A DNA stretch of 64,000 nucleotides from Bacteroidia bacterium. Its GTDB lineage: Bacteria; Bacteroidota; Bacteroidia; NS11-12g; UBA9320. Below, piece by piece: positions 49,711 through 60,355 of the stretch. The notes beneath the pieces are model-generated. The model saw nothing but the letters and a program-made list of their open reading frames with translations, did not search any database and was not told the origin of the DNA. The DNA lies in the NCBI GenBank assembly GCA_965216465.1, contig CBDCFW010000003.1:32001-96000 (forward strand), written 5' to 3'. Position numbers and translations under genes: made by a program. Numbering within the stretch: the stretch's first letter is position 1; each line of letters begins with the position of its first letter.

Positions 49711-50962
49711 AATACTAGCTCTGTTAGTAGTTCCAATTGTTCTTGTATCCTGTGGTGCGTTCAAGCGTACTGTGGATGTTGATCCTCTTCCTGAAGAGGA
49801 TGTGGTTGTCGTTGAGCCTACTCAAAAAGAATCAGAGGTTGAGAAGCCAAAAGTCTTACCTAAAAAAGAAGATAAAACTGTTTATAGGCGAGTAGACTTT
49901 AGGGGAGAAGTCTTTAGAGTTCCTGTTCATAAACAAGATTTCAAAATAGCAGTTCTTCTGCCATTTCATATTACCGGAAGCAATACTGTTCAAGACAGAA
50001 GAAGAGCCGGTTACATGCTTGAATATTATCAAGGGATGCAATTGGCTATTGAATCTGTTAAAGAACTTAATTCGTCTTTTGATATTCAGTTTTACGATAC
50101 AGATAACGACTCCATAAGACTTAAACGTTTATTGCAACGTCCTGGCCTTAAAGATGTTGATTTAATAATCGGACCGACGGATGAATCGCAGGTGCGCATA
50201 GCATCGCACTTTGCTCGTAAACATCAGATTCCGTTGTTTACTCCGATTACCACGGTAAACAAATTTTGGAGTAATAATCCTTACGTTTTTAACCTCCGCC
50301 CTTCAGAATTGATGCAAGCAAAATCGTTTATCAAATTCTATAAAACGTTGCACGCCGACAAGAAGTTGATTTTGGTACGTGATGGTAAGAGATGGGACAA
50401 GCGTTTTGGTGCTGAATTGGTGCAAGAACTTCAAAATCAGGGTGTTCCATTTGAAAAAGTGGCAATTAGTGCAGCAACCAATTGGGATGCTTTGTTAGGA
50501 GAACATAACTTAGTTTTAACGTTAACGGAAGAGAAAACAAACTCCATAGCACTTGTAAATCAACTCTTAACTTTTGAAGAGCGAGTTACTTTGGTTAGCT
50601 CCGATAAATGGCTTGATTTTTCGAGTGTTGATTTTAAATATTGGGAACGATTAAAGCTTCACTTCATATCTGAGAATGTAGCTCAGGTTCCAAATAGCCA
50701 ATCCATAAACGTCGTTGAGGCCTATCGTGAAGTGTATCGTGATGATCCAAGTTGGTTTACATATCGCGGTTATGATCAATTGATGTTTGCATGCGAAGCA
50801 TTGGATGCGTTTGGAGAGCTGTTTCCAGTATTTTTAGAAAACAAATCCGTTGCTTATAGCAATTCGATATTCTGTTTAACGAAAGCGAGCAATTGCTTTC
50901 ATAATCAGTATCTTCAAGTATTTAAATACGAAGAGAAGGAAGTTCAACCCGTAGCTTACTAA
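49667..50962 (+). CDS. Lipoprotein with type 1 periplasmic-binding-protein fold
   Basis: Lipobox LVSC; [23 protein letters not shown]; start uncertain (overlaps the guaA end). Confidence 0.75.
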   Translation: MISAQNRLPQLNGNKILALLVVPIVLVSCGAFKRTVDVDPLPEEDVVVVEPTQKESEVEKPKVLPKKEDKTVYRRVDFRGEVFRVPVHKQDFKIAVLLPFHITGSNTVQDRRRAGYMLEYYQGMQLAIESVKELNSSFDIQFYDTDNDSIRLKRLLQRPGLKDVDLIIGPTDESQVRIASHFARKHQIPLFTPITTVNKFWSNNPYVFNLRPSELMQAKSFIKFYKTLHADKKLILVRDGKRWDKRFGAELVQELQNQGVPFEKVAISAATNWDALLGEHNLVLTLTEEKTNSIALVNQLLTFEERVTLVSSDKWLDFSSVDFKYWERLKLHFISENVAQVPNSQSINVVEAYREVYRDDPSWFTYRGYDQLMFACEALDAFGELFPVFLENKSVAYSNSIFCLTKASNCFHNQYLQVFKYEEKEVQPVAY

Positions 50963-50963
50963 G

Positions 50964-52091
50964 GTGAAATACTTTCGGTCAAGGTACTTTACTTCGCTTG
51001 AGATTCTCAAGAGCTATAATTACCCTCAACCATTTCACCTACATCTAAAAACGTTTTTTAGAGGGAAGAAGAAATTTGGATCAAAAGACAGAAAAGCAAT
51101 CCAAGAAGTTTGCTATACCTATTGGCGAACAGCTATGTGGTTCAAGAAAACTGACTTGGAAAAACAGGTGCTGTTGGCGGCTGTTTTTTTAGATTGGGAA
51201 GATGTTAAATCGTGGAATGAACTGGCAAATTCAATGGCGTTGAGTGTTGTGCTTAAGCCCAGCTTATCAGTTCAAGAGAAGCTTGCACTTATTGGAGACT
51301 ATACTATCCATCGTTTAGAAAGATACCCAGCTTATAACGTTGCTTCTGCATTTGAAACTTTGAATGACGTTCATCAATGGTCTTTTAGGCCTAAGACTTG
51401 GATAAAAGATCATCGTAAGAACGATCCAGGCTATTTAGAAATTAACGGCTGCAGAAACCTTGAAGATGCTCAAGCGTTGGAAGCTTGGGAACAGGTGCAA
51501 GACCTTTCGTCACAATTCACCTGTCAAAAGCTTAAAATAGATGCTAATTTCAAAGTGTGGGATGTTTGCAGTGGTGCAGGAGGGAAGAGCTTGGCACTTC
51601 TTTCTAATCATGCAGGAGATTTTTATCTCAGCGATGTACGAGAATCCATATTGCAAAATGCCAGTTTACGCTTGAACAAGTTTAGATACAGTGCCCAATA
51701 TGGTGTTGTAGATTTAGAACAGGAGCAAAATCAAATCAAATTTGATTCAGAAACGGTCAACCCCTCTTACTTTGATGCAATTGTTGCTGACGTTCCTTGC
51801 AGCGGAAGTGGTACATGGTTTAGAAATCCAGAACATTTTTCACAGTTCGACTATAATGAGTTAGGTAATTACAGCTTAAGGCAAAAAACCATCGTAACCA
51901 ACTCATTTAAGTTCTTAAAATCAGGCGGCGTGTTTTACTACATCACATGTTCAATCTTCAATGAAGAAAACGCTCAAGTTAAAGATTGGATACTAGAAAA
52001 CTTAGATTGCACATTAAATGATGAGCTTTACTTTAATGGGTTAAAGCACGGTTCTGATTCAATGTATATGGCTGCATTTACAAAGACTTGA
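50964..52091 (+). CDS. RsmB/NOP2-family RNA m5C methyltransferase
   Basis: QVQD.SSQ, WDVCSGAGGKS, DVPCSGSGTW.RNPE, YITCS. Confidence 0.9.
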   Translation: MKYFRSRYFTSLEILKSYNYPQPFHLHLKTFFRGKKKFGSKDRKAIQEVCYTYWRTAMWFKKTDLEKQVLLAAVFLDWEDVKSWNELANSMALSVVLKPSLSVQEKLALIGDYTIHRLERYPAYNVASAFETLNDVHQWSFRPKTWIKDHRKNDPGYLEINGCRNLEDAQALEAWEQVQDLSSQFTCQKLKIDANFKVWDVCSGAGGKSLALLSNHAGDFYLSDVRESILQNASLRLNKFRYSAQYGVVDLEQEQNQIKFDSETVNPSYFDAIVADVPCSGSGTWFRNPEHFSQFDYNELGNYSLRQKTIVTNSFKFLKSGGVFYYITCSIFNEENAQVKDWILENLDCTLNDELYFNGLKHGSDSMYMAAFTKT

Positions 52092-52719
52092 TCTTCGCAA
52101 CTCCTTCGTCGCTTGTGATATAAACTTCAGAATGTTTGATTAACTCTTTATACGTGCGTTTTCCGGTTGTGCTTCCAAATGAAGGAAGAACCATAAAGTT
52201 GCTGGAAATATAATAGCTAGGCAGTTTGATATGTTGTCTACCTTTTCCCGTAAGAGTAAAGGCGGGGTGCAGGTGTCCAAAAATGTTAAAATGATTGGTC
52301 TCAAGAGGTTCATGACTTAAATGAAAGCCATCAAGAACATAATCAGGAGTATAGCTGACAGCACTCGATGATATTGAGTGAATGTCGTGGTTTCCTACTA
52401 TGAGTTCAAAGCTCACATCGAGATCGTCAACCCATTTTTCTACAAATTGATTTTCAATATTTAAATCGCTGTGAAACAAGTCGCCTAAAACAATAACTTT
52501 CTTTGCATTAAATCTGGCAACAAGATCTTCTATAGCGTTGAGGTCATTTAATAATAGATCACTTGATAAAGGTATCCCATATTTTCTGAAATGGGTGGCT
52601 TTACCAGCATGCACATCAGCGAGAAGAAGTGCTTGTTGTTCGTGCCAAAATACCCCCTTTTCCTTGGTAAGAGAAAAACGATGTCTATTAAGCTCCGTAG
52701 TAATCTCAGGTTCGAACAT
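52078..52719 (-). CDS. pdeM: Ligase-associated DNA damage response metallophosphoesterase
   Basis: ADVHAGKATHFRK.GI, LGDLFHS, GNHD, HEP, GHLHP, LPSFG. Confidence 0.85.
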   Translation of the reverse strand: MFEPEITTELNRHRFSLTKEKGVFWHEQQALLLADVHAGKATHFRKYGIPLSSDLLLNDLNAIEDLVARFNAKKVIVLGDLFHSDLNIENQFVEKWVDDLDVSFELIVGNHDIHSISSSAVSYTPDYVLDGFHLSHEPLETNHFNIFGHLHPAFTLTGKGRQHIKLPSYYISSNFMVLPSFGSTTGKRTYKELIKHSEVYITSDEGVAKIKSL

Positions 52720-53069
52720 CACAAATTGTATTCGGCTCTAGTTTTCTTGGGTAAACTGCTCACAATGAGTTCGTAAGACTTATCAACCAATTCAAGAATG
52801 AGCTGATCAGATACATCACTGTCAAAGTACACTGAATTCCAATGTTTCTTGCTCATGTGCCACCCTGGCTTTATTCCTAAGTATTGTTCCCTTAGTTCTA
52901 AGGCTTCTTCTGGATTGCATTTTAGGTTAACGAAGGTGAATGTAGCGATTGAAAATAGGCAGAACATCTTGCCTCCGGCCTTAAATACTAGCGTGTCTTG
53001 GTCAAATGGGGTGCTTTCTGTTACCGCTACCTTGTCTAAACAATATGTACGTAAAAACTCAATATCCAT
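52719..53069 (-). CDS. MmcQ/YjbR-family DNA-binding protein
   Basis: PFD..TLVFK.GGKMF, NLKC.PE, PGWHMSKKHWNS. Confidence 0.92.
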   Translation of the reverse strand: MDIEFLRTYCLDKVAVTESTPFDQDTLVFKAGGKMFCLFSIATFTFVNLKCNPEEALELREQYLGIKPGWHMSKKHWNSVYFDSDVSDQLILELVDKSYELIVSSLPKKTRAEYNL

Positions 53070-54579
53070 GACCGTAGAATAAGGTTAAATCATCATCTTG
53101 GTAAAGCACTTTTGCATCGATAAAGAATTCGGCTTCGTCCAGCTTAAACTGCTCAACATTGCTGGTTTTACAGACAACGAAATTTGCTTTCAAGAACCTA
53201 AGAAACCACGGAAACGGACTTTGATCTCGTCCCATTTCTTCCGTATTGAATGTAGCTCCCTTTCGATCAACGTAAATTAATGCAAAGTTGGGTTCAGGCA
53301 CGTACACCGCGACAACCAGCTCGTCTTTTTTCACAAAGGGTGCAATTTTTTTATCGGCGTCTACCAACCAATTTCGCTCATATTTTTCAGGCCATCCGTC
53401 GATCACAACGGTCTCACTCATGCGATTAAAATGGCGATTGCTTCCAAGTGTAAAAGAAGTAACTGCAAAGATTAGAGCTAGGACTAAACTCGCTCGGGGA
53501 TGAACATATTCGCTCATCCCTTTAAGTGCCATGACTATGAGATATAACACAATAGGCATAAATGTACCCAATACGTAATAGTCGTGATCTTTGTATTGAA
53601 CACCGAATAATGCAATAATCGATAATAGTCCCAATGTCAGTAAAATTACAAGTTGGAACCTGTAATCTTTAAGCTTGATTTTCTTTATACGAAAGAGGTA
53701 AAATCCAACAGCAAGCCAAAACACAGTCCATTGTGCAGCATTAAAGTATTCTTTCAAGAATCTGCTAGCGGTGTCAAATACATTCCAAAATTCTTGCATC
53801 GACTGAGCTGGGCGGGTTCCAGAAAGAAAAACATACGAGTTTAAGGCTTGATTTCGCAAATTCACCAGTACGTAGTCGTAGTAAGCAACCCCGCCAGCAA
53901 TGGCAAAGAAGAGTAGGGTGTTAATCAGAAACAGCTTGTCCCACTTTTTAAAAGAGGCCAAAAAGTATATTGCATAAAAGCTAATAAAGTAGATTCCAGA
54001 GGATGTTTTAATCAGCAAGGCAAGTCCTGATAACAGAACAACCCAGATATAGTTGGATCGGAGATCTTTATTAACCAAATAAAAACAAACCAGCAGGATT
54101 GAAAGGGCAAGAATATCGGGTAAAAAATTGTAGGAGTAATACAATAAGATTGGACTGCTCATCAAACCCACAAAAAGGGCCATTCGGTAAAGCAAGTTTT
54201 CTTCTTTTAAGCTTTTAAAAACAAAGAAGAAAAAAGCTGTGAAAAAAATGACAAAAGTGAGCAGCCGGTAAAGGAGGGGTAAATATGCTTTATTGAAGCC
54301 AGCTCGTACCACTTGAGCAAGAACGTATTGGTATCCCGAAAATTCAACACCAACTTTTCCGTCTTCGGTCTTCATAGACAGCGTAGCCGGGTCGTTTAGA
54401 CCTCTTCCTTCAATGTAGCGTTCGGCAATACTTAGCCGATCTGCTTGTGCCCATTGGTGAATACCTCGCGGTTTGTCGTTTGCATAATTGAAGAAAGTGA
54501 AAAAGAAGAAAAATAAGAGTAGAAAAATGTAGCTGCCAAGCAACAATAGTGAGGGTCTATGTGTCTTCCATTTAATCAT
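53059..54579 (-). CDS. GT-C-type (ArnT/PMT-like) membrane glycosyltransferase
   Basis: HQWAQADR, VEF, NFLPD, L..LIK, HDYY; many TM; start reassigned to ATG 54579. Confidence 0.7.
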   Translation of the reverse strand: MIKWKTHRPSLLLLGSYIFLLLFFFFFTFFNYANDKPRGIHQWAQADRLSIAERYIEGRGLNDPATLSMKTEDGKVGVEFSGYQYVLAQVVRAGFNKAYLPLLYRLLTFVIFFTAFFFFVFKSLKEENLLYRMALFVGLMSSPILLYYSYNFLPDILALSILLVCFYLVNKDLRSNYIWVVLLSGLALLIKTSSGIYFISFYAIYFLASFKKWDKLFLINTLLFFAIAGGVAYYDYVLVNLRNQALNSYVFLSGTRPAQSMQEFWNVFDTASRFLKEYFNAAQWTVFWLAVGFYLFRIKKIKLKDYRFQLVILLTLGLLSIIALFGVQYKDHDYYVLGTFMPIVLYLIVMALKGMSEYVHPRASLVLALIFAVTSFTLGSNRHFNRMSETVVIDGWPEKYERNWLVDADKKIAPFVKKDELVVAVYVPEPNFALIYVDRKGATFNTEEMGRDQSPFPWFLRFLKANFVVCKTSNVEQFKLDEAEFFIDAKVLYQDDDLTLFYGHGY

Positions 54580-54595
54580 GTATATTTGTGTTGCT

Positions 54596-57500
54596 ATGCG
54601 TGCAGTCAAAAACTCCTTACTCTTTATTGGCTTTCTGCTCGTTAGTGTTTCATTATTCGCCAAAAATAGCAATGATGTAGAATTATTTTCCAAAAAAGAT
54701 CAGATTCAACAAAATCTTTTTGGAGAGCTAAATGAAGACGTTCAATTTGAGAAAAATGAAGGTCAATACACAGGCGAATTCGAATATAGATACAGCGGTC
54801 AGAACGCATGTGTCGATTTTTACCCCAACAAAGTAGTATTCAGTCTTAGAAAGCTTTCAAAGGCTTTTGATGCGAGCAAAATGATTGAAGAACCGGTTGA
54901 ATTTGATTACATCGTTTGGGAGATCGACTTGAATTCTTCGGCTTCCATAATTCCAGATGCACTAACCATTCCTCAAAGCATTAACTATTTTAATGCAGAT
55001 GGAACGAACATCAAAAAGAAAGTCGCCAAGCAATTGCTTTATTCAGAAGTTTACCCGAACATCGACCTGAAGTTTTATCAAGACGAGTCGGGCAGCTTGA
55101 AGTACGACTTTATTCTTAAACCAGGAGCCAAACTGAGCGATATTAAGCTTAATTATAGCGGTGTTGACGATTTGTTAGTTAATGACGAAGGTCAGTTAAC
55201 TTATGCCACAAAGTGGGGTACCATTAAAGAAGAAAAACCATATTCTTACAAAGCATCGAGTAAAGAAGAGTTATTTATTGATTATCGTGTAGCAGATAAT
55301 ACACTATCGTTTGATGCAGCCTTCGATGAAGTTGATGAGACTGTTGTTTTAGATCCGATTTATGTAGATTGGAGTACTTATTTCTATGGTACGGGGAACA
55401 ACGGTATGACGTGGGCCTTCACTTGGGTGATGGATCTCGACATCGACGATTCGAACTATGTTTATGTAGCTGGGATGACTAACGATAGGTTTCCAGGACT
55501 ATTCAATACATACGATACAACTACGAATGGATTTTATGACGGATATGTTTGTAAACTTTCTCCCAATGGAGATAGCATAGTTTGGTTTACCTACATTGGC
55601 GGTTCAAGCTTTGAATACGCGTTTACCCTGGCGGTAAATGCCCAACAAGAGCCTGTAATTGCTGGGTTTACTAACAGTTCTGATTTCCCAACAACAGCAA
55701 ATGCCTTGAGTAAGAACAAAGGTTCTTTCTGGTATGATGGATTCCTTACCAAATTTTCAAAGAATGGAGACTCACTAGTATTTTCAACCTTTTTTGGAGG
55801 ATCAGGAAGTACTTTAATTCATTCAATTGCTCTTGACAATTCAAATAATATTTACCTAACAGGTAGAACCAATAGTACGGATTTTCCAACGACTCCAAAC
55901 TGTTACCAACCAACCTATGGTGGAGGTAGTACAAACTGGTGGAATGGTGGAGATGCGTTTCTTACCAAACTAAATCCAACCGGAAATCAATACTTGTTTT
56001 CAACTTATGTAGGAGGTTTTTACGACGATGAAGCTTATGAGGTAGCATTGAGCCCTGCTCAGGATATCTATATAGTTGGTAAAACAGCGTCAGGTAACTT
56101 CCCTACAACGCCAGGTTCTCCAATTTTTAACTTCAACGTTTTAGGAGCTACCGACGGATTTATATGCAAGTTTAAACCTGATGGAAAAACACTGCATTAT
56201 GCAAAATTAATGGGAGGTTCTGGAGAAGATTGGTTTGAAGGAGTGTACGTAAATAGTTACGATCAAGCTTATGTAGGTGGAATTAGTAGATCATCTAATT
56301 TCTATACTACTGCCAATGCATTTCAAAAGAACAGTGCAGGAGGTGCAGATATGGTCGTGGTGAAGTTTGTGGGTGGAGGCCAGAATGTTATCTATTCAAC
56401 TTACATTGGTGGAAGCGGAGATGAAATGTATTACTCTGGCTTTATCTATAATTCAAATATTCGAATTTCAGCCAATGTTCGAGAAGAGGCAATCATATGT
56501 GGTATATCAAGATCAAATAACTTCCCTGTAACTTCTGATGCCCTGATGACATCGAATCCGAGTACGTCAGGAGGCGGCTGGTGGAATTCGGCAGCAACCA
56601 TTACGAAATTAAACTATACCGGTGACCAGCAACTTTATGGAACCTATTTTGGAGGTTCAAGTTTTGAGGTGCCTGGAGCCAATAAATTGAAGCGAATAAG
56701 TTGTTATACCAACATTCTGTTTGGAGGATTTACCAATTCGTCGGATTATCCAACATCTACGGGTGTATACAAAGAAAATAAAAGTGCTACGGGTACATTC
56801 TGGACCGGATTTGTGTCTAAGTTTAGAGATACATTGTACACTGAGCTCATTGATTTAGGCTTAGAAGACACCATAACCGATTGCGATCAGGTTTATGAGT
56901 TTTTGGATGCTAAGAACATCGGTGCCGACATCATTTGGTCTACCGGCGAAACCTACCACTATGAAATTGTAGAAGAGCCTGGAACGTATTGGGTACAAGC
57001 TACATACGGATGTGATACGGTACGTGATACCATTACAATTAATTTGGAATATTCACCAACGGTTCCGATTCTACCCGTCGATACCATATTCTGTGATTCG
57101 ATGCCGACCGTCGTCCTCGATGCCCAGAATGATACCATAATGCCGACCTATTTATGGAGCACAGGCGACTCAACACAAACTATCACGGTTGATCAAGAAG
57201 GCGAATATATTGTAGAAATTTCTACACCAAATTGTGGAAGTAAGTCCGATTCGGTCGTCTATACAGAACGAACCACACCTGAGGCCATATTGCCAATTGA
57301 CAGTATATTCTGTGATTCTGTTAACTTTCCAATTACGGTAGGGAAACCTTTAAACGATGAGGCTTACAGTTGGAATACGCTGGATAGTACGAACACAATA
57401 ACCATAAGCGATACAGGCTATTATACTGTTAAGATTGTAAATATGTGTGGAGTAGACTCTGCAGATTTTAGAGCAAGTCAACTGCTTACACCAGAAACGA

Positions 57501-58849
57501 TATTACCTGTAGATTCTGAATTTTGTGATCAAATTAGCTATACCATCGAAATTGGCTTAGATGACAATGCCGAGACGTATTTTATTAATGATTTGACAAA
57601 TTCAAAATCGCTAACACCATCTGACTCATTCACCTTAACCGACGCGGCGGAGTATGAAGTGATAACATCAAATATTTGTGGTGTATCTAGAGATACCATT
57701 GAGTTGAGCTTGTTGTATACTCCTGTGGCCAACTTAGGAAACGATACAACATTCTGTGACGTAGTTTCATATCCATTAGATGTTACAACTGCGGGGAATA
57801 AAGAGATTTATTTCTGGGAGGATGGATCAAGTAATGGAAGCCGAACACTAAGTGCAGAAGGCTTGTATTGGGTGCAAATAGGCAATAAATGTGGAGCCTC
57901 ACGAGATAGCGTGCAGGTATCTCTGGTTGAAACTCCAATAGCAAGTTTGCCTGAAGATAGTACATTCTGCGATCAAATCAATATTGTTCTTGATGCGGAA
58001 ATTCAAGAACCTTCAACCTATCTATGGCAAGACAATCAGTCTACACCTTCTATAACGGCAACGTCAGAAGGAAAATATGTGGTTTCCATTACCAATTATT
58101 GTGGAGTCGCTAAAGACAGCATGACGATATCTTTAATTGAAAGTCCAGTTGTTAATTTTGGTCCCGATGAGATATTCTGCGGTAACATAACACCAATTGA
58201 ATATACGATCGGTAAGGCCGATAATGAGGAAGTATACCTATGGTCAGACAACACTACGGGTGCAACGAATACCTTGATGACAGAAGGTAAACACTGGGTT
58301 CAAATTCAGAACAAATGTGCTACAGTGTCTGATACTATTGAGTATAGCATAAGTGCTAATCCTATTGTTAATCTTGGTCCAGATACCACATTATGTGGCA
58401 ACTTCAAAGTGATATTAGATGCTGGAAATCCAGGCATGAACTACATTTGGGAGCCTTATGGTGAGACCACTCAGGTGATTGAAGCTACCGAACAACGCGT
58501 TTATAAGGTTACAGTGTATAACGAGCATGGCTGCGAAGGAAGCGATGAATTTGAGATTGATGGAGGCTGCGTAAGCCATTACTATATCCCTACAGGATTT
58601 TCTCCTAACGACGATGGAACAAACGATGTGTTTAGACCTTCGTTAATCAACTACGAAGACTTTACTATGAAGATTTATACCCGCTGGGGAGAGTTGATTT
58701 ATGAGACCAACGATCCGATTAAAGGTTGGGATGGAACTTATCAAGGAGAGATAGTGCAAAACGGAGTTTACCTGTATCAGCTACGATTTAAAACTACTGA
58801 AGATCTTCAATACCAAAACATGGAAGGCTTAGTGAACGTAATTCGATAA
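54596..58849 (+). CDS. Large surface protein: SBBP beta-propeller repeats, Cys-containing Ig-like stalk, T9SS type B CTD
   Basis: FEKNEGQ N-domain; G.T.S.DFPTT...D.F..K...G....STY.GG repeats; D..FC...WS.G...G.Y.V....CG repeats; PTGFSPNDDGTND...IYTRWG...WDG. Confidence 0.9.
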   Translation: MRAVKNSLLFIGFLLVSVSLFAKNSNDVELFSKKDQIQQNLFGELNEDVQFEKNEGQYTGEFEYRYSGQNACVDFYPNKVVFSLRKLSKAFDASKMIEEPVEFDYIVWEIDLNSSASIIPDALTIPQSINYFNADGTNIKKKVAKQLLYSEVYPNIDLKFYQDESGSLKYDFILKPGAKLSDIKLNYSGVDDLLVNDEGQLTYATKWGTIKEEKPYSYKASSKEELFIDYRVADNTLSFDAAFDEVDETVVLDPIYVDWSTYFYGTGNNGMTWAFTWVMDLDIDDSNYVYVAGMTNDRFPGLFNTYDTTTNGFYDGYVCKLSPNGDSIVWFTYIGGSSFEYAFTLAVNAQQEPVIAGFTNSSDFPTTANALSKNKGSFWYDGFLTKFSKNGDSLVFSTFFGGSGSTLIHSIALDNSNNIYLTGRTNSTDFPTTPNCYQPTYGGGSTNWWNGGDAFLTKLNPTGNQYLFSTYVGGFYDDEAYEVALSPAQDIYIVGKTASGNFPTTPGSPIFNFNVLGATDGFICKFKPDGKTLHYAKLMGGSGEDWFEGVYVNSYDQAYVGGISRSSNFYTTANAFQKNSAGGADMVVVKFVGGGQNVIYSTYIGGSGDEMYYSGFIYNSNIRISANVREEAIICGISRSNNFPVTSDALMTSNPSTSGGGWWNSAATITKLNYTGDQQLYGTYFGGSSFEVPGANKLKRISCYTNILFGGFTNSSDYPTSTGVYKENKSATGTFWTGFVSKFRDTLYTELIDLGLEDTITDCDQVYEFLDAKNIGADIIWSTGETYHYEIVEEPGTYWVQATYGCDTVRDTITINLEYSPTVPILPVDTIFCDSMPTVVLDAQNDTIMPTYLWSTGDSTQTITVDQEGEYIVEISTPNCGSKSDSVVYTERTTPEAILPIDSIFCDSVNFPITVGKPLNDEAYSWNTLDSTNTITISDTGYYTVKIVNMCGVDSADFRASQLLTPETILPVDSEFCDQISYTIEIGLDDNAETYFINDLTNSKSLTPSDSFTLTDAAEYEVITSNICGVSRDTIELSLLYTPVANLGNDTTFCDVVSYPLDVTTAGNKEIYFWEDGSSNGSRTLSAEGLYWVQIGNKCGASRDSVQVSLVETPIASLPEDSTFCDQINIVLDAEIQEPSTYLWQDNQSTPSITATSEGKYVVSITNYCGVAKDSMTISLIESPVVNFGPDEIFCGNITPIEYTIGKADNEEVYLWSDNTTGATNTLMTEGKHWVQIQNKCATVSDTIEYSISANPIVNLGPDTTLCGNFKVILDAGNPGMNYIWEPYGETTQVIEATEQRVYKVTVYNEHGCEGSDEFEIDGGCVSHYYIPTGFSPNDDGTNDVFRPSLINYEDFTMKIYTRWGELIYETNDPIKGWDGTYQGEIVQNGVYLYQLRFKTTEDLQYQNMEGLVNVIR

Positions 58850-58852
58850 GAA

Positions 58853-60355
58853 TTACTTCACTATGGTCATACCAACCATTCTGCCTTTGTGAACCACATT
58901 TAAGAAATATTGTCCAGAAGACAATGTGCTTACATCAATAAAGTTGATCCAGTTTTTCAATTCTCCTGATTGAAGTAATTGTCCTGATGATGAAAGCAAG
59001 GTGTAATTCGAATTTGGGTTGCATACCACCTGAAGCTTGTTTTGAACAGGATTTGGGAAGGCTTTAACGGACAAAGCTGTATGTTGTCTTGGCTCACTAG
59101 CAATTCGCGTCAAAATACTATCTGCCATTAATACATTGGGAATTCCATAACCGTATTCATTATCTGGTGTATCATACTGATGTGAACTTCTAATTATTGC
59201 ATCGAAAATCTCGGCATTGCTGCGTTCGGGGTGAGCTTCCATTAAGCATGCTACCAATCCTGCTATTAGCGGTCCAGAGAAAGAGGTACCACTTCCTCTG
59301 GATAACAGTCCAAATCGGTTAGGAATGGTATTTCGATGTCCCATAGCACAAACCTCTGGTTTAATTCTACCATCACTGCTTGGACCGCGTGATGAAAATC
59401 CGGTAATGATTTCATTGCTATCCACCGCACCGACGCAGAGAACATTTCGGCCATCGCATGGTGCCGTAATATGAAACCACGCACTGTTTCCTGAGTTACC
59501 CGCACTATTTGTGATAAATATACCTCTACTTGCAGCCAACTCAGCGGCAAGGGTAATAATCGTGCTGTTGCCGTCCATGTCGGCATAAGTGTAATCTCCT
59601 TCTAAGCTATCAAACAGAGAATAGCCAAGACTCGAGTGAATAATGTCAACTCCAACAGAATCGGCCCATTCCATTCCTCTGAGCCAATTAAATTCTTCAA
59701 TGTGGCGTTCACGTCCTGATTCTTCTGTTCGTGCAAGTACAAAGTTTGCACCAGGTGCTGCACCTACGATGCTATCTTCATAAGTCGCACCTGCTAAGGC
59801 CAACACTTGCATACCGTGGGTATGGGTGTTATAACGCAAGGTGTCGTTGCTTACAAAATCATAAGCCGCTATAATTTGGCTGCTATCCCATAAGCTTTGA
59901 AACATGGCAAATGAATCAACCCTAAAAAAACCAGCATCAAAAAGAGCGAGGTTTACACCTTTTCCTGTATAGCCTTTTCGATGAAAACTATCAAGATGCA
60001 GCATATCAATCTGCCAATCTCCTTGACCGTATGAAAAGTCTTCAGCAATGCTTGCGGTGTTTACCTTATAATTTCCTAGCGGTTGTACATGTATAACAAA
60101 TTCAAACTTTTTTTCGAGGTATTGAGGATGACCTTCAACACAAATAGCATTTAACCATTTACTGCTGCCTAAAAGGTTAACCCCCTCATTTTTAATCTGT
60201 TCTACGTACGCTTTGTTTAATTCCTTATCGAAATACGTCGTTGATGTGGTGTCTTTGTCTTTGAAATATACCCAACTATTTTGTGCATGAACAAAACATG
60301 CTATCAAGGTAAGTAGGACGGTAAGACTAATCTTCAAGTGCTTGCTTAAGTTCAT
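58853..60355 (-). CDS. S8 subtilisin-like protease with T9SS type A CTD
   Basis: FDAG, HTHG, SAGN, GTSFSGP catalytic motifs; FPNP CTD. Confidence 0.92.
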   Translation of the reverse strand: MNLSKHLKISLTVLLTLIACFVHAQNSWVYFKDKDTTSTTYFDKELNKAYVEQIKNEGVNLLGSSKWLNAICVEGHPQYLEKKFEFVIHVQPLGNYKVNTASIAEDFSYGQGDWQIDMLHLDSFHRKGYTGKGVNLALFDAGFFRVDSFAMFQSLWDSSQIIAAYDFVSNDTLRYNTHTHGMQVLALAGATYEDSIVGAAPGANFVLARTEESGRERHIEEFNWLRGMEWADSVGVDIIHSSLGYSLFDSLEGDYTYADMDGNSTIITLAAELAASRGIFITNSAGNSGNSAWFHITAPCDGRNVLCVGAVDSNEIITGFSSRGPSSDGRIKPEVCAMGHRNTIPNRFGLLSRGSGTSFSGPLIAGLVACLMEAHPERSNAEIFDAIIRSSHQYDTPDNEYGYGIPNVLMADSILTRIASEPRQHTALSVKAFPNPVQNKLQVVCNPNSNYTLLSSSGQLLQSGELKNWINFIDVSTLSSGQYFLNVVHKGRMVGMTIVK

